From NCBI RefSeq assembly GCF_009914755.1, contig NC_060927.1: 64,000 nucleotides of DNA. The stretch is one strand, 5' to 3'. Below are positions 13,501 through 28,709 of this stretch, piece after piece (within the stretch, counting starts at the first letter, position 1; each line of letters begins with the position of its first letter). The position numbers and the translations under genes were made by a program. The stretch is from the human T2T-CHM13v2.0 reference genome, Homo sapiens. The notes under the pieces were generated by a model. The model searched no databases. It had not been told where the DNA came from and was given only the letters and a program-made list of their open reading frames with translations.

Positions 13501-16164
13501 GGTCTAGGAACAATAATATAAGAATTTGTCACATTTTAGAGCATCACAAATGCCTTTAAGGATCTGTTGCATGCATTAGACCCTTACCTCAGAAAGTTGC
13601 AAATGTTTCGAGTTGGCCAGTATTCATAGGTCCCCAAACCCATGGGCCCTGTGTTAGCACTATCTGAGAGTCTTCAGTGAAGCTGTTCTACCTTAAAACT
13701 ACTTCCCAGGCCTCCATTGCTAAGACTCTGCTCTCCAAGGAAATGTCATACGCTGAGCTGCGTAATCTCACATTACTTCATTACTCTAATAGTTACAGAG
13801 CAGAAGGAGGAGGCCTTTTCCCAGGCTGCCTGGTTTTAAGTTGCAGTAGTACTGCCATGTGACCTTAGGAAAATCTCAGTCCGATTAGCTAGAATGACAT
13901 GAGGATAATGAATAATAACCTCCTTTAGCTGAGAAGTGTCCCTTGGGAGAGAAGGCACACAGACTGGAGACCCGGAGAATATAGATTGCTGTTCTCCGTG
14001 GAAAGTAGGGTGTAAACTCAGAAAATCAAAACCAAGCCTGTGGGCTTTGCTGGCACATCATACAAGGCAGCTTTTCAGCAGCCACCTCTCCGGCTCACTC
14101 ATGGACTCCCTGGGCTCCACATCTATTACAATCAAAGACGCAACGTTTTCTTTTTTCCTCATTGTGGAGAGGTCCATTGGGTTTTGTCTTGACAGGTCAG
14201 GCACAACATGACAGATGGGGCTGAAGTTACAATCCCCCTCCCTCAGACCATCAAGATTACTCTATTACCCTCCCTCTCAGTCTTGGAGGATGAGGCCATG
14301 TTACTAGGCTGCTGCACTGAGGAAATGTTGAGCCTGACCTGATTGGAATCTCAATGGCAATTAAGGAAAGACTATACCTTGTCATCTGTATTTGAATCTC
14401 TAGAGTTGTCTCTAATTAATTATTTATTCTTTAATTTATAAGCTTATATTGTTTCCACTATCATAACAAACAATATTTAAAATAAAAAAATCTGGTTATA
14501 AAACAGAATGCAGAATATGGTCTCATTTATGGAGAAATATGTATGAGTATGGTTGTATGTGTTTTAAAAGTCTGGAAGTATTCCAGCAGCTTGTTATAAG
14601 TGGTTATCCCCTGGGAGTGGGGAAGGAGATGAGATCATATAAAGATTTTTACATTCTCTGCATGGTTTGGATATTTAACAATGAGAAGAAATACCATAAT
14701 ATTTTTCATAGAAAATTATTATTAAATCAGTTTCTCAAAGAAGTATATCTTTATTCTTTTTATTTAAACAACTATTTTCATCATTCCTTGGCCTATTTTA
14801 AGTCTTTCCACATATAACCATTATAATAATTATAGAGTATATATAATAATTTTTATTTGACATTTTCACTTAATGCTATTTCATTTACACTTTCCTAAGA
14901 ACACAGTCTGCATATTTCTATTAATGGATGCTTAATTGTCCATTGATTCAATGTCTATTTTTATGACATAGTTTCCTTTGGAAATTATATGGTAACTTTT
15001 TGCCAATAAAATATAAAAAGGGTAGCTAACGGGAGGGAAAGTCTCAAATCTCAAGCAAGGACCCCTGACTTACCATCAGACAAAGAAGGGCTAGGTCATT
15101 TGGAAAACTGCCCTTGGCTTGTTTCAAGCACATACTTCCTGGTTTTTGGTAGACATTTACTGGACACCTACCTACCAAGCCAGTGTTATCCTTTGTATTT
15201 TATCTATGTTTCCTGAATTGTAGCATTATAAGAATTTCTTGTAGAAATCTGATTGGTGAAGATCATCTGAGTCCCAGCAGTCTACCAGCCAGCCCAAAGA
15301 AATAGTCTGAATTTGAAGACAAGCCTGCATCCCGTTTTACCATGTCAACCATGTAAGTCAAAGAGGAAACAAGAGTACAGTTCTCCAAAGTGTGGGGACA
15401 AGATGAACATCAAGCATTATCCTCTTGTGGCCATAGAAAGGTTCTTTCCAGGACCAGGCCTTTGGGCTTGTAGAAGAGCTTCCTTCTTCTCTTATCTCTG
15501 TAATTCCCACCTTAACCTTCCTCTGCAACCATTGCTCAGGAATATATGACAGCTCTCTCTTCCTTCCCTTGGATGTTTTTCTCCCTTTGGCTCCAAATTT
15601 AATCAACATATGAACATACAGCCATAGACTATTGATCCTACAAGCCATTCCCTCCGATTTATAGGAGAGAGGGTCAAAGAGAGAATAATTTGCTCAAAGG
15701 CATATAGCATCCACCAGCCCTGTGAATGATGGAGGTTGGGAGAACCTCTTAAAACATGTGGCTGTGTGCGACTATCCATGTTTGCTTGCTAATATGTATC
15801 TCCATTTTTACATTTCCATATTAGGCTATCTCTGGCCTCTGTTCGTGAAGATTCTCGGGTATCCTCAGCTGGAAGTTAATGCTCTATCAAACAAAACCCA
15901 TCTGTGCTTCTTTCATGATACTTACCATTTTTTGTTGTGTTATGAGTGTTCTTGCATTTGTATAATCTTTATGCTTAGATCCCCAGTTCTTTGGGGGAAA
16001 GAATTCATGTTCTTACATATACATTTCCTAGAGAGCATAATAAAATAGCTTGTTTAGTTAGTGATGGTTGAAGAAAGTGCATCACTTTTCTTCTTGAAGG
16101 GTTCACAATAATTTTTGGTAGAACAGAATGATATAAAGGCTTAGGAAATTGGACTATCATATTA

Positions 16165-16400
16165 CATTAGTTAAGGCTTTGGAGTCTCAAAGACCTCTGC
16201 TGAAATGGCAGCTCCACATTTAGTTGCCACAATGCCTCAGGCAAGTTACTGAACTCTATGAGCTTCAATGACCTAATCTGTACACTAGAGGAAGTAATAC
16301 ATATCTCATGGGGTCATAACTGTTTTAAATGAAGCAATATATGTAATTAGCACACTTATTTGCCTAGAACATGCAGTTATTAAATTATACTTATCATTAA
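16165..16400 (+). mobile_element. MIR SINE
   Basis: ggctttggagtc..cagctccac..ggcaagttactgaactctatgagcttca..aatctgta. Confidence 0.8.
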
Positions 16401-16684
16401 TTACTGTTAGACACTGGTAGTATTAGTAACACGATTTGCTGGCAAAGATCATTAGGCTCAAATGTTTAAAATGTTGGGAGGAAAAAAGAAAGCAAGTGGC
16501 TTCTACTCTAATTTACCTGCCACTGCCTGTCCTGACCAATTCCTCTGATGCCTACCCTAGGCTCAAAATTAACATCTTAATGCTTATCATAGATACTAAA
16601 ACAATGGTAGGACCAAGAATTAGACTGGCCATTTGGCAGGAAGAACAAATATCTTTCTTATTCTAGTATTTGTTTTACCACCTA

Positions 16685-16906
<222 letters not shown>

Positions 16907-18092
16907 CTACCATGGACAGAGATGATGACATGGTTTCTCTTGGGTTCATCCAAAATACTTTGAAAACTCTCATAGGAAGTCAGCAATAAAAGACAGAGGA
17001 ATCTTTTTTTTTCCTTTTCTCTTCTTTTAAGTGTTAGGAGATGGACAGCCTGCTTAATGATAAATGAGTATGCCCCTCCTCACTCTGGTGTGAAAGGCAT
17101 ATATTTAATCCTAAAAATACAGGGAAAATTACCAAAGTGAAAACATATTCCCTGGAGAAATAGAGATAAGAATGCTGATGCTTACGGAAGTGCTGTTGCT
17201 TGTGGATTTGTGAGGCTGATGGAATACTGATGTTTACATTAAGAGCAGCTTGCAATTGTATTGGAAACAAATGCTTACCATTGCATTGCTGAAATGAAGA
17301 CATATGCAATAAAAATGTTCTGCATAGGAATATACAGATGCATAGCAATTATTATCACTGTGAGACTATAGCTGCATGATTATGGAATTCCACATTTCAA
17401 TAGAAAATGAGAATAGGAAACATAAACATTGTCATTATTTAAATTGCAATAAGCAATTACATTAGATAATAAAAGATGAGAGCAAAAATATTTCAATTTA
17501 GCTAGCATAGATGCTACAAAAATCTTCCATTATATAACAATATTTTCAAAATGATATTGATATTTATATACAAAATTTTAAATAATCTCAATAAATTTTC
17601 AAACATGAAGGAAAGGAAAATAGCCAGAAACCCTAGATGCTCAAATCCTGATCTCCTACAAGACCTCTCCCCCATCTTCTCCACCCTCTGTGATGAGATT
17701 CCCAGGGATCTGCAGGCAGAAGACAAGGTCACTTGTTTTATTACAAGCAGTGTTTTATTCGAAACCTCAATGTAACCTCTAGTAATTTTGTTTATTCAGA
17801 CTTGAAAAAGAATGAATCTGTGGCTTTTTTTTTCTTAGCAGCAGCAAGCTTTTTATAGTTGTTAGTGCATACATAGCACTGTATCAACATCTTTTAGATA
17901 AGGTAAACATAATGTACAACCTTTAAATGTTAGTAATTATTGTTTTATATAGGTTTAATAGACAATATAGCTTTCTTTCCCCAAAGTATTGATACCTGAC
18001 TACCAGACTCTATAATGACTATAACTGCCAGCCATGTTTCATATCAACTTGGTTTATTATAATCTTTTACAACATGAAAATAGAAAATCTTA

Positions 18093-18394
<302 letters not shown>

Positions 18395-20073
18395 GAAAAT
18401 CCTAATATGCAATTATAAGTCATCAGAAATGGGAGAAAGTGTTTGGTGACTTGTCAGATAATTATAGACATTGAGATCAGTGAAGAGCCTGGAAAGATGG
18501 AGAGAAATTTCACTGAAGGTTACTTCAACATTCTTTCACATACTAATTGGGATTATCATGTCCAAAGCTGGAAGGCTGGATATTTTAACTTGGGAGAAAG
18601 CAGGAAATGGATTAATTATCCACTTTTCAGTTGCTTTAATTCTTAATTTATATTTTGCTGTGACATTTGTATGCATTTTTAAAAGGTGCTTAGTTCAGTA
18701 TTGATCTTTCTGATGGAAGGAAAAAAATCCTCAGATTCTGAGAAAGATCCAAATTCTTGATGAAAAAGCTGGCTTCACCATAATTCAGTCTTTTAAATAT
18801 GTTTTGATATATTTTCCTAAACATTAAACATTATATTTTATCTTTAGGATGATAGATTCAAGCTATTCAGATATTGACTATAGTGTTGAGACACCTCATT
18901 TGAGTAAGCCCCTTAAAATCGTAGAGATGGTCTTTGCTGACTTTAGCAGTGCCACGAAAAAAAAGGTTCATTTCATCCTGTATTCAACCACTCAATGCAA
19001 GCACCTTTCCCCTCAACAGTTAGCCAACTTACATATCGTGACAGTCTTGTACTTGCTGCTTATTTCTTTGAACAGCAGGCTGAAAAGCCATACACTCAGG
19101 CTCTACAATTGAATCAGACTCATAGGTTTTACAATTCCTTTCAACACCAAATTAAGATCAGAAGGTATTTTGACGACTTCCAGTTGGTGACCTGTTCTCT
19201 GACAATAAACAGTCTGTGGACTGGCATTCAAGAGCAGCCCCCATTATCCTTGTGGTAAAGCCCTTCCTTACTGCACACATAGCTGGTGCACCTTTGGTTC
19301 TGACCCCAATGTGCCATTTCCAGTCTACCTCTTGGCTCACAAAAACAAGTGTTATCTAAATGAGAAATGTCTCTCCTGTAGTGTGTTTTTAAGGATAAGC
19401 AAAATAAGAAGTCATTGGGCACTTTTTCTTATTCGAAGTACATTTGCCAAAGGCTGATCCACACTCTGCATTAAAAAATGCTTTGATCTCACTCTAAAGG
19501 GCAGCATGCCCGTGGGATGCTGATGGCTCAATCACATCCTATGCTATTGGCAGAATGTAACATCGAAAAGGTGCCATTTGATAAGTTTGCCAATAACTCA
19601 TTCTTCTTTCTCTCCAAATAAAATATTATCAATGACTTTGTTTCTGGTTTTATAGACTTCTTGGAAATAGAGTGACTTGTGCCTATTTTTGCTCTATGTA
19701 ACGACAATTACTTATTTTGATGCCTGAGTAGTTTAGATGCATGAGTCATATTTTCTCATGTCTTATTTTAATAACAAATTAATCAATTTTCTATTTGAAA
19801 CATTAATTTTTTTTGCTTATTCCAAAATATTGTGATTGGTTTATCAGGAAGGCCACTGTCCTTTGTTTTAGAATGATGTGACAATCTCATTGCTCCATGC
19901 ATTATATGACATGACATAGACAACAAAACTGGGGAGCAGATGGATCACTTGTGCAGTAATATCTGATGTTCAAATATTCACTCTTTATTTTCTATGTGTA
20001 GTTCCCATTTCCAGATGCTTATGTAAAATCATCACACCTTCTGATTCATTAGAATTGTATTTGTCTTATTATC

Positions 20074-20270
20074 ATTTTTTTTTTCGGAGACCAGGTCTAG
20101 CTCTGTTATACAGGCTGGAGTGCAGTGGCATGATCATAGCTTGCTGCAGACTTGAACTCCTGGGCTCAACAGAGCCTCCCACCTCAGCCTGCTGAGTAGC
20201 TGGGACTATAGGCATGCGCCACCATGCCTGGCTAATTAAAAACACATAATTTTTTTTTTGTAGAGGCAGG
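20074..20270 (-). mobile_element. AluJ, partial (right arm plus linker)
   Basis: gatcatagc..gaactcctgggctcaa (AluJ features). Confidence 0.88.
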
Positions 20271-20455
20271 GCAATCCGCTGTATTACTTTTTACATTAAC
20301 TACTTTAATGCTTTAATGACCCACTTTTGAGCCATTTTCGAAGAATATAATGCAACATGGTAGGAATAATTAAAACTGTTAATTTGATGAAAAAATTAAT
20401 AACATGCAAATGATGGAGAAATTTGTTTGCTTTTTAAAAAGCAAACTGTTAATTA

Positions 20456-20772
<317 letters not shown>

Positions 20773-21469
20773 GAACAACCAATTTAGTCATTACAGTATC
20801 TTGTATAAAGTTTATGAATATAATTTGGAGAATATAATTTCATTCTTCAAATTATTTTCCTAAACTTTACATAATAAGGTTTCTGAGAAAAATAACTTCA
20901 AATTTATGAAAAGTATATTGCTTCACCTTTCTCTCTGTCTTTAAACTGACAGCTTAAAAGATCTAAGTAAGAGGGGCTGCTGATAATGGCCTGAGGACCA
21001 TATTTTGTTCTGACTTAAGTTCACTGTGCTTACCATTCCTTCATGGGGAGGAAAGTTAAGTCTGAGAAAAGCAAACCAAAGAAAGGAATTTCTCTCTATG
21101 TTCCACAGCAGGGCTTGCCAGAGGTGTACGAAGGGCAGGGCACAGGGAACAGTCAATCTGCCCCTCCCAGGACAGGAGGAGTGTTTGATCACAGATATTG
21201 TTTAGAATTATTGGTGCATGCTGATAATAAACAGAATTTTAGTTGTTCTGTTATTGCTTTTAAATTATTTATAGACAATTCACACCTTTATTGTTTATAC
21301 CTGGGGCAGACCACTCTCACTCCCAGCCCTTAGCAGGCCACATTGGCTGGCCTAATAGGAACACTCCGTGCTAAGAGGGCCTGGGAGAGACTCACATGGG
21401 ATGAATCCGAGGCCTGTCTTACCTTTGATAGCTTTATAAATGAAGAGAGAGAGGCTACCAAGAGGGAAA

Positions 21470-21471
<2 letters not shown>

Positions 21472-21511
<40 letters not shown>

Positions 21512-21558
21512 ATAGAGAGAGAGAGAGACAGAGAGAGAGAGGGAGAGAGAGAGAGAGA
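21472..21558. repeat. Compound (CA)n(GA)n microsatellite
   Basis: Direct. Confidence 0.97.
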
Positions 21559-23239
21559 AAGGCGTTGAGGGAGAAAGAGAAAGATTATTTTGGTTAGCAT
21601 AGGACCTGATAAATGATCCTGATCTTGACCCCTTCATTTCTGCACCATTTCTACTCTTTTGAGGAGACTGAGGTACAAGTGGGAGTAAGGGGTCCAGGAG
21701 AAGGGGAACAGAGAGGACTCTGGAGATTTTCTGAAAGACAGTGGGAAGAAGTCTCTGAGTAGCTTGGGTGTAATATGATTCTCAAAGTGTAGGCATTGGT
21801 TCATTTTTCACAGGATTTCCGAGATGAAATGCAAATTTGCTAAAGTTTATGGTGCTGAGAATGTGCTTAGTCAACAGAGTGTATCAAAATCCTGAGCTGA
21901 GGTGAAATGGGGAAGTCGGAACGCCAGTGCGGACACCAGGGAGGCTGCTAAGAACATAACCGCTTCTCATCTTGGGTCTCCAGTCACAGATGCGCTGATC
22001 TGTCTTACCATATTACCCCTACGCTGAGCATGGCACAGACAACCAGCGGAGCTAGTGGGCTACCTGTAATGCACTAGAAATCCAACTCATGAAATTTCCA
22101 TTTTTAAAAAGCCTTTTAAATATTCGGCTGTTTTCACATTAGGTTTTCCTAAAGTGACGTACACTTGTACACTCGGGGCATTCGGTTTCACCAGTAAGTA
22201 AGTGGAAGCTGAAGTAACCTGAGCTTTTCTTATTTACTTGAGGAAAACTGATGACCTGGGAAATTGCTTGGTGATTAAGGAAAGGGTATTCTCTCTCCTC
22301 CACGGAAGTCCTCCAACCCTATGGTGAGCAAACGTTGTTATGAGAGCTTTTGAACAGCAGGTATTAGTCCCCCACCACTATTCTGGTTTTAGTCAAGAAA
22401 ATTCAACTAACTCATTAAACACTCGCTGAATGGTTATTATGAGCCAGACCCCTAGGTCGGGAGCTAGAGTTATGAAAATGTGTCTCACAGATATACACAG
22501 TTAACTATATTAGAAGGCAAACATCAACCAGTGCAATAAAAAAGGCACAAACAAAAGCTTCTAGATTGAGGGTGTGTGTGTGTGTAGGGGGACATGCATC
22601 ATTTTTGAGCTCAGGTAATTTATTTGATCTCTCTGTCATCACCCTTATAAACATGCAGGCAAACTTAACGACTTTTGTGAGGCTTAAAAGAGATAACATT
22701 ACAGGTTCTTAACAAAGTACTGTCCCCTCCTCCTCCTATCTCCTCCACTCCCACACTATAGACTTGTAGGCAGGGACTGAATTGTGCATGTCACCATGTC
22801 CTGTATGGTATCTATTCTAGTGCTTGACTTTAATTATGCTCAATAAATGTAGACTTGGATGAATAGTTCACTGATTGTGCTTAGGAAAGGGCCAAAAATG
22901 ACAAATAGGAAAAAGGAGGAGAAAGAAAAAGAAAGAATTGCTCCAAGCACTGTTGATAAAACACAAATAATCAGGTAGGTAGGGCAAATGGAGGCATTTA
23001 TGCAGATGGAAAAGATGGGTTCAACAAATTATTAATACCGAATGAGTGTAAGTTATCAATATGAGATAATATTATCCACTTTTCCCCTGTCTGTGTTTGG
23101 CTAGCTGGTATTACTTAGAGCACACTAATAATGTATAATTAGAAATGATATTTTATAGCAGCACAGCAATTTGAAGCAGACATTCTACCACACTTGTCAG
23201 TGATACTCCATACCTCTCTTAATTCCTACCTCCTTCTCT

Positions 23240-23825
23240 TGAGGTACTGAATGAGGTACTGGTGAGATCTCCTAATGTCACCAGATGATCTAAAAAGAAT
23301 TGGCAAAAGAATTTGAAAAGGGAAAGCTCCAGCCCAACAGTTATTGTCACTTAAAAAAACTATGATATCAAACAGTAAATCTGTCTGATTTTACCTGTAG
23401 AATAAACTCATTATAGAACAACCACTTAATAGACCAAGTATTTCAGTGCATATAGACCTATGCGAGAGGACATTAACTGTCTGTCTTCTTTGCAAATATT
23501 ATGACCACCATCAAATCCACACCAGCCTGGATTATGTACACCAATCCCTATGAAAAAGAGGTCAAAACCACTCCAAACAGAAAGGCAGGATGTAGTTAAT
23601 CTCTCTTTCTCTACACTAGTATTGTAACTTTTTTGAGGCCAACCTTTAACTCTCTCAAGTGGCATTTTTAGGAAGCTATATAAGCTGATGAAAAAATTGT
23701 CGTACTGGCAAGACTGGTCCTAAAATTTACTTCTTTTTATTGGGCAGCATTCAGCATCCATTTGGTCTACAATTCTGGACGGACTCTCTTAATGCCATCC
23801 AGGTCACTGATGAGAATGTTAAAAT
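23240..23825. mobile_element. Possible very old CR1/L3-like RT fossil
   Basis: Minus-strand peptide FNILISDLDG near 23793-23822 (CR1 FNIFINDLD-like); plus-strand DVVNLSFS near 23589 (VDVVYLDFS-like). The two orientations disagree. Confidence 0.3.
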
Positions 23826-23929
23826 AACTCTCCAGTCCTCCCCCCCAACACCCCCTTACCCCAGTTCCAACCTTGAGACTGTTCACTTCCACCCACCATC
23901 TATTTAGCACCCCTGCTCTTCTCCCTTGA

Positions 23930-24065
23930 ATTATTTATGTATTTGTATCCCTGAGTAGAATGTAAATTATTTGGAGGGCACAGACCATGTTTCATTCACC
24001 TTTACATTTCCTAATTGCCCTTTGCACAAAGATTTTGAGATATGATAAGCATTTGCTAAATAAAT
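23930..24065 (+). mobile_element. L2 3' end
   Basis: tagaatgtaaattatttggagggcacagaccatgtttcattcacctt. Confidence 0.6.
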
Positions 24066-24579
24066 ATTCAGTAAAGTAGGCCAAATTATATTGTCAGTGA
24101 ACACTGGAGTCTCGATTATACAGAAGAATGTTCATTGCCATTCTAAAATTAATCCTAATTCACGTTGTGTATTATAGTTTGAAAAACATTCAGACCAAAA
24201 ATTAATATGAGATTATAAACATATTGGATATGTCTATATATATTCCATATTGTTGACTGAGGCTTTTCCTGGTCTAATGCCCATATGTTTGAGTTGACTT
24301 TAAAGAAATTCTTAAAGAAAGAATTAGGCATTTGCAATCTGTGCTAACAAGATAACGTTAAACTGCTATAAGCATATTTCATTAGATAGAAGTAAATCCC
24401 CAATTAGCTTAAGACTGTAGCAGGTTAAACAAATTATAATATTTATATTGTCAGATAATGCCATACTGAAGAAAAATTATCCGTGTCAGCCAGATAAAAG
24501 TACAGCATATATTACTCAACTTCAGGGATTTAAGATATGAGAGCTAAAATATCCCTTAGTATTACACAAATGCAGAAGC

Positions 24580-24890
24580 CAGGAGTTCAAATACGTACGG
24601 AGGTCAGGCCAGAAACCTAAACTCTTACAGTGGGCGGGTAGAATACCATGCAGAGAGGTAGGGCCTATCTCTCTAAAGGGCAATGGTTGTCAGCTCCAGG
24701 TTTTGGTTACCACATGGAGATAAACCCTGGATATTGTCACAGAAGAAGAAAAGTTGCAAGTCTAGACACTTGTGAGAAACATCTTGAGTTTTAAATGGCC
24801 CCAAATTCAATTTTTGGGATCAAAATCAAGTGTAGGCCAAAGAAAATCCATCTATATGTCAGATTTAGTTCCATAGGTCATCAGTTTCTA
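24580..24890 (+). mobile_element. MER102-like hAT-Charlie fossil
   Basis: caaatacgtacggaggtcaggc..tgtaggccaaa..agatttag..catcagttt. Confidence 0.5.
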
Positions 24891-25200
24891 GATGAGCCAA
24901 ACACTATACATGATCTTTAAGGTACCATTTGGCCTCAGATTGTGCTAGTACATATTTAGTTAGCAGTTTAATATAGTTAGCAAGAATTCTTCCACATTTT
25001 CTGCCAGATGTTGCTTATTTTACTAAAATTATCAAGTCATATTTAAACAATACATTGCAAACTATTTTTGGGAAAAGAAAGATAACTACAGAGAACAACT
25101 GATAGGTGTAACCAGGTAAAAACTTGGCCAAATCTCAAGCAGCTACATGGAATCACTCACAGATTTTTATCTTCACATTTTTTTGTGATTTCTAGGCTAG

Positions 25201-25542
<342 letters not shown>

Positions 25543-25836
25543 AAGATTTTGAAAAGAAAAAATAAACTGAAATGGAATCACTTATTTTATTCTGACCTCA
25601 TGCTTTCTTTGGGTGTTTGAGAGGAATGTCACAACTGTAACTATGCAGCTGCAAATGTCTGGTGGCTTTAACACAAGAATTATTAATTTGTTGGACTTAC
25701 ACATATTCATTTCTCCACACTTTTATTGAGCACACTATATCCAAAAGCGGATGTCAATGAGCAATTAATGTTTCTAAATGCAATTATATTCTAAAACCAC
25801 ACTAACATCTTCACATTTTAATAGCTGTTCATTATT

Positions 25837-25866
25837 ACACAGACACAGACACACACACACACACAC
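25837..25866. repeat. Imperfect (CA)n microsatellite
   Basis: Direct. Confidence 0.9.
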
Positions 25867-27301
25867 AAAGAGTAATAGCAAGTGCTTATGCCGATGTCTT
25901 GGAAAATTCATATGCCAGAGTCTAGAAAAGACACTCTGAGGCTAGGTCTAATAGCACAAATTAGTTTAAGTGTTACAAATGATTTGATTAGTTAAGTTAG
26001 TTTGAAAAATAGAGAGATGTCAAAAAGCTCTTCAGTCTTCCTTCAGATTATTCAGATCACACTTCCTTGACATCTCTTTCACAAGGCAGCAGCCTCTCCT
26101 AGCATGCCTACTCTTTCCATAACTTTCCAGTAAATCCAAGCAATTCGGTAATTAAATAACTTTGTATTCTTTCAGTAAACAGTCTCTGTGTACTTACTAG
26201 ATGGAAAGCTCTTCACGAGGCAGTTAGAAGAAGGGCTGGATGTGACACTTGTCCTCAAGCAGCTTAGAGAGTGAAAGGAGATTCCTAGAGTCTAGAATAA
26301 TGTGCAAGGCCCTTAGCAATCACTGTCCTTCTTCATTCAAAAAGCCTACCTTATGCCAAATAGAGCGGAGAAGAAGATGGGCATGTTCTTGCCTTTATAG
26401 GACATAAAATGTTAAAATGTCTCATAAAATTAAACAAATAATAAAATATACTCTAATATACATAAAATTCAACAAATAACACAACAGTTTTCAAGTCCAT
26501 AAAGGGTTACAAAGAAATCTAGAAATTTATAGGAGCTTGTCATCCCTTTAGCCTCTTCTCTTGTCATGACCTTCTTAAATTTTGTATTCCGCCAAAATAG
26601 AACCGCCTGTGGATCCCTGTACACAACACATTTCATGCCTTGGTATCTTTCCATATGTCAGTTTCTCTACTTGGAGTCCCCCAGCTTTCTACGATTTGTC
26701 TACCTGTCAGCTCTTATTCATCTTTTCAGAGCCATCTGTTTCAGACATCTCTCGTGCAGCACTTCAAAGTCTCTCAGCCTCATTTGTCTCTTATTCCAAT
26801 TACTGCAGCTACTCTGTGAGGACTTTGACCAGCTTCATGCATGTGCATTTTGACAGTGACTTGCCTCACACCCCCACCCTGTGCCTCTCACTTTCCACAT
26901 TCAATGCCCACATATGCAAATGCAGAAGTGCCAGCAGTTAATGCTCTGAAGGACAAACTCTGGGCAGTCTTAAGAAAGTTTGTATGGCTCCTCAGAGGAT
27001 CCTCTAAAGAAAAGAGAAACGAAATAAAAGGAGAAAAGAAAAGTGACAGGAGGAAAGAAGGGAGGGAGGGAGGAAGAAAGAATCAGCAAAGGAAGGAAGG
27101 AGGAAGAAAAAGGATGTGGACATAAATAATGAAGTCTGGCTAAGTCATGGTAGATATCATCTGAAAGATACTAACACAGAATGTGTACTGAGAATTTAGA
27201 AAAAATATAATAGTGATAATGTGAATCTAGTGTGATAACAGATGTGAGTCAAACATCACAGTAAAATAAGAGTGGTAATTAGTAATTAGTAAGTATTATT
27301 G

Positions 27302-27592
27302 GGCTGAGTGCAGTGGCTCATGCCTGTAACTTTGGGAGGCCAAGGCAGGATTGCTTGAGCCCAAGAGTTTAAGACCAGCCTTGGCAACATAATGAGACCC
27401 TGTCTCTCCAAAAAAAAAAAAAAAAAAAAAAATTGGTTGGGCATATTGGCATGTGCCTGTAGTCCCAGCTATTTGGGAGACTGAGGTGGGAGGATTGCTT
27501 GAGCCTAGGAGTTCAAAGGCTATAGTAAGCCATGTTCATACCACTGCACTCCAGCCTGGGTGACAGAGCGAGTGAGACCCTGTCTCAAAAAA
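27302..27592 (+). mobile_element. AluJ with an expanded internal A-run (~27410-27432) and small deletions
   Basis: ggattgcttgagccc (AluJ); pure A tract at the linker. Confidence 0.92.
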
Positions 27593-28109
27593 TATATGCA
27601 ATAAATGTTCATGACTGACTGGAAATTCTAGTTCTAAGAGAAAAACTATCATCCCATGGTGTGAGTACATCTAATGTGGCCAGTGGATCAGAGAAGAGAA
27701 AAGGATAAAGAAGCATCAGTTCTTGGGATCTGCACAAAGTGGAGAAATTATTAATTTCACCTCTTTGGAAGCTGTTTCAAAGATGGCACAGTGGCAGAAG
27801 GTCTGAGCCAGATATAGGAGCATGGGGATTGGCAGAAGCTACTTAAGTCTTTATCTCAAGTGATATTACAATGCTGTAAAAATGGGGCTAAAACTTCACA
27901 ATAACCAGCATTTCAATAGGAATTCAAGTAGTTTTACTGCACTGGTAAAAAAAATCTGATTCTGCTTGCGTTTTATCAGGTTTTGATTTTGTATTTATAT
28001 TAAAAAAAACTACAGTGTTTTAGCTCTGAGCATCTACAGTGAGTGAAGAAGCTCGCTTTTTAAGTGAATTTTTAAAGTGATAAATGTACAACATATGGAG
28101 AAGCCTCTG

Positions 28110-28298
28110 GCAGTGATTCTCAAACATTATTGACATAATAAACACAAAGGAGATATTGAATTGCAAATTTCTGAGCACTGGACTAGCCCTTCTAAATCAG
28201 AATTTTGGGGGTATGACCCAGGAATCTGTATTCTTAGTCTGTACCTTATGTTATTTTGATACAATCCTAAATTCTTGGAATTTTGAAAAACACTGGCT
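28110..28298. mobile_element. MER5-like hAT fossil
   Basis: Terminal inverted cagtgattctcaaa..tttgaaaaacactg; internal aatcagaa..gacccaggaatctgtatt. Confidence 0.65.
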
Positions 28299-28709
28299 TA
28301 AATAAGCATGCAAAATTAATGTTAATCAGTCAAAAGTATACGTGTGTGTATTAGTCTGTTAAAGTAAACATGTACAAAGACTAACAGCGGATAACTTTTG
28401 CTATTCATCATAATTAGTCAAATAAGTGAAATACTTATAATCTCAAAGAGAGGAAACATCTTTGACTATAGCATTAGCCTCATCAGAGTGTAAATCTGAA
28501 AAAATGTCACTCTTAATTTAAAATGAAAATTGATCAGTGTTGCAAAAAAGAATCTAAAACAATAAAAACTCACGAAAGTATCACAAACAAATAAAAAGCA
28601 TGGAGTTTAAATTTTCACTCTGTAGTGGGCTATTTTAACTATGAAAACTTTTCTGTTGTATTCTTCAGACGTCTGAGGATTCCCCAGTCGGTGAGGTCCC
28701 TCTGTACTT

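Noticed and set aside
18848-18903. Possible small exon (tttag|G..TGA|gtaagc)
   Set aside because: Weak donor context and no recognisable coding content
21343-21637. ORFs with THTHTH / RERERE / CVCVCV runs
   Set aside because: They are translations of the (CA)n(GA)n microsatellite
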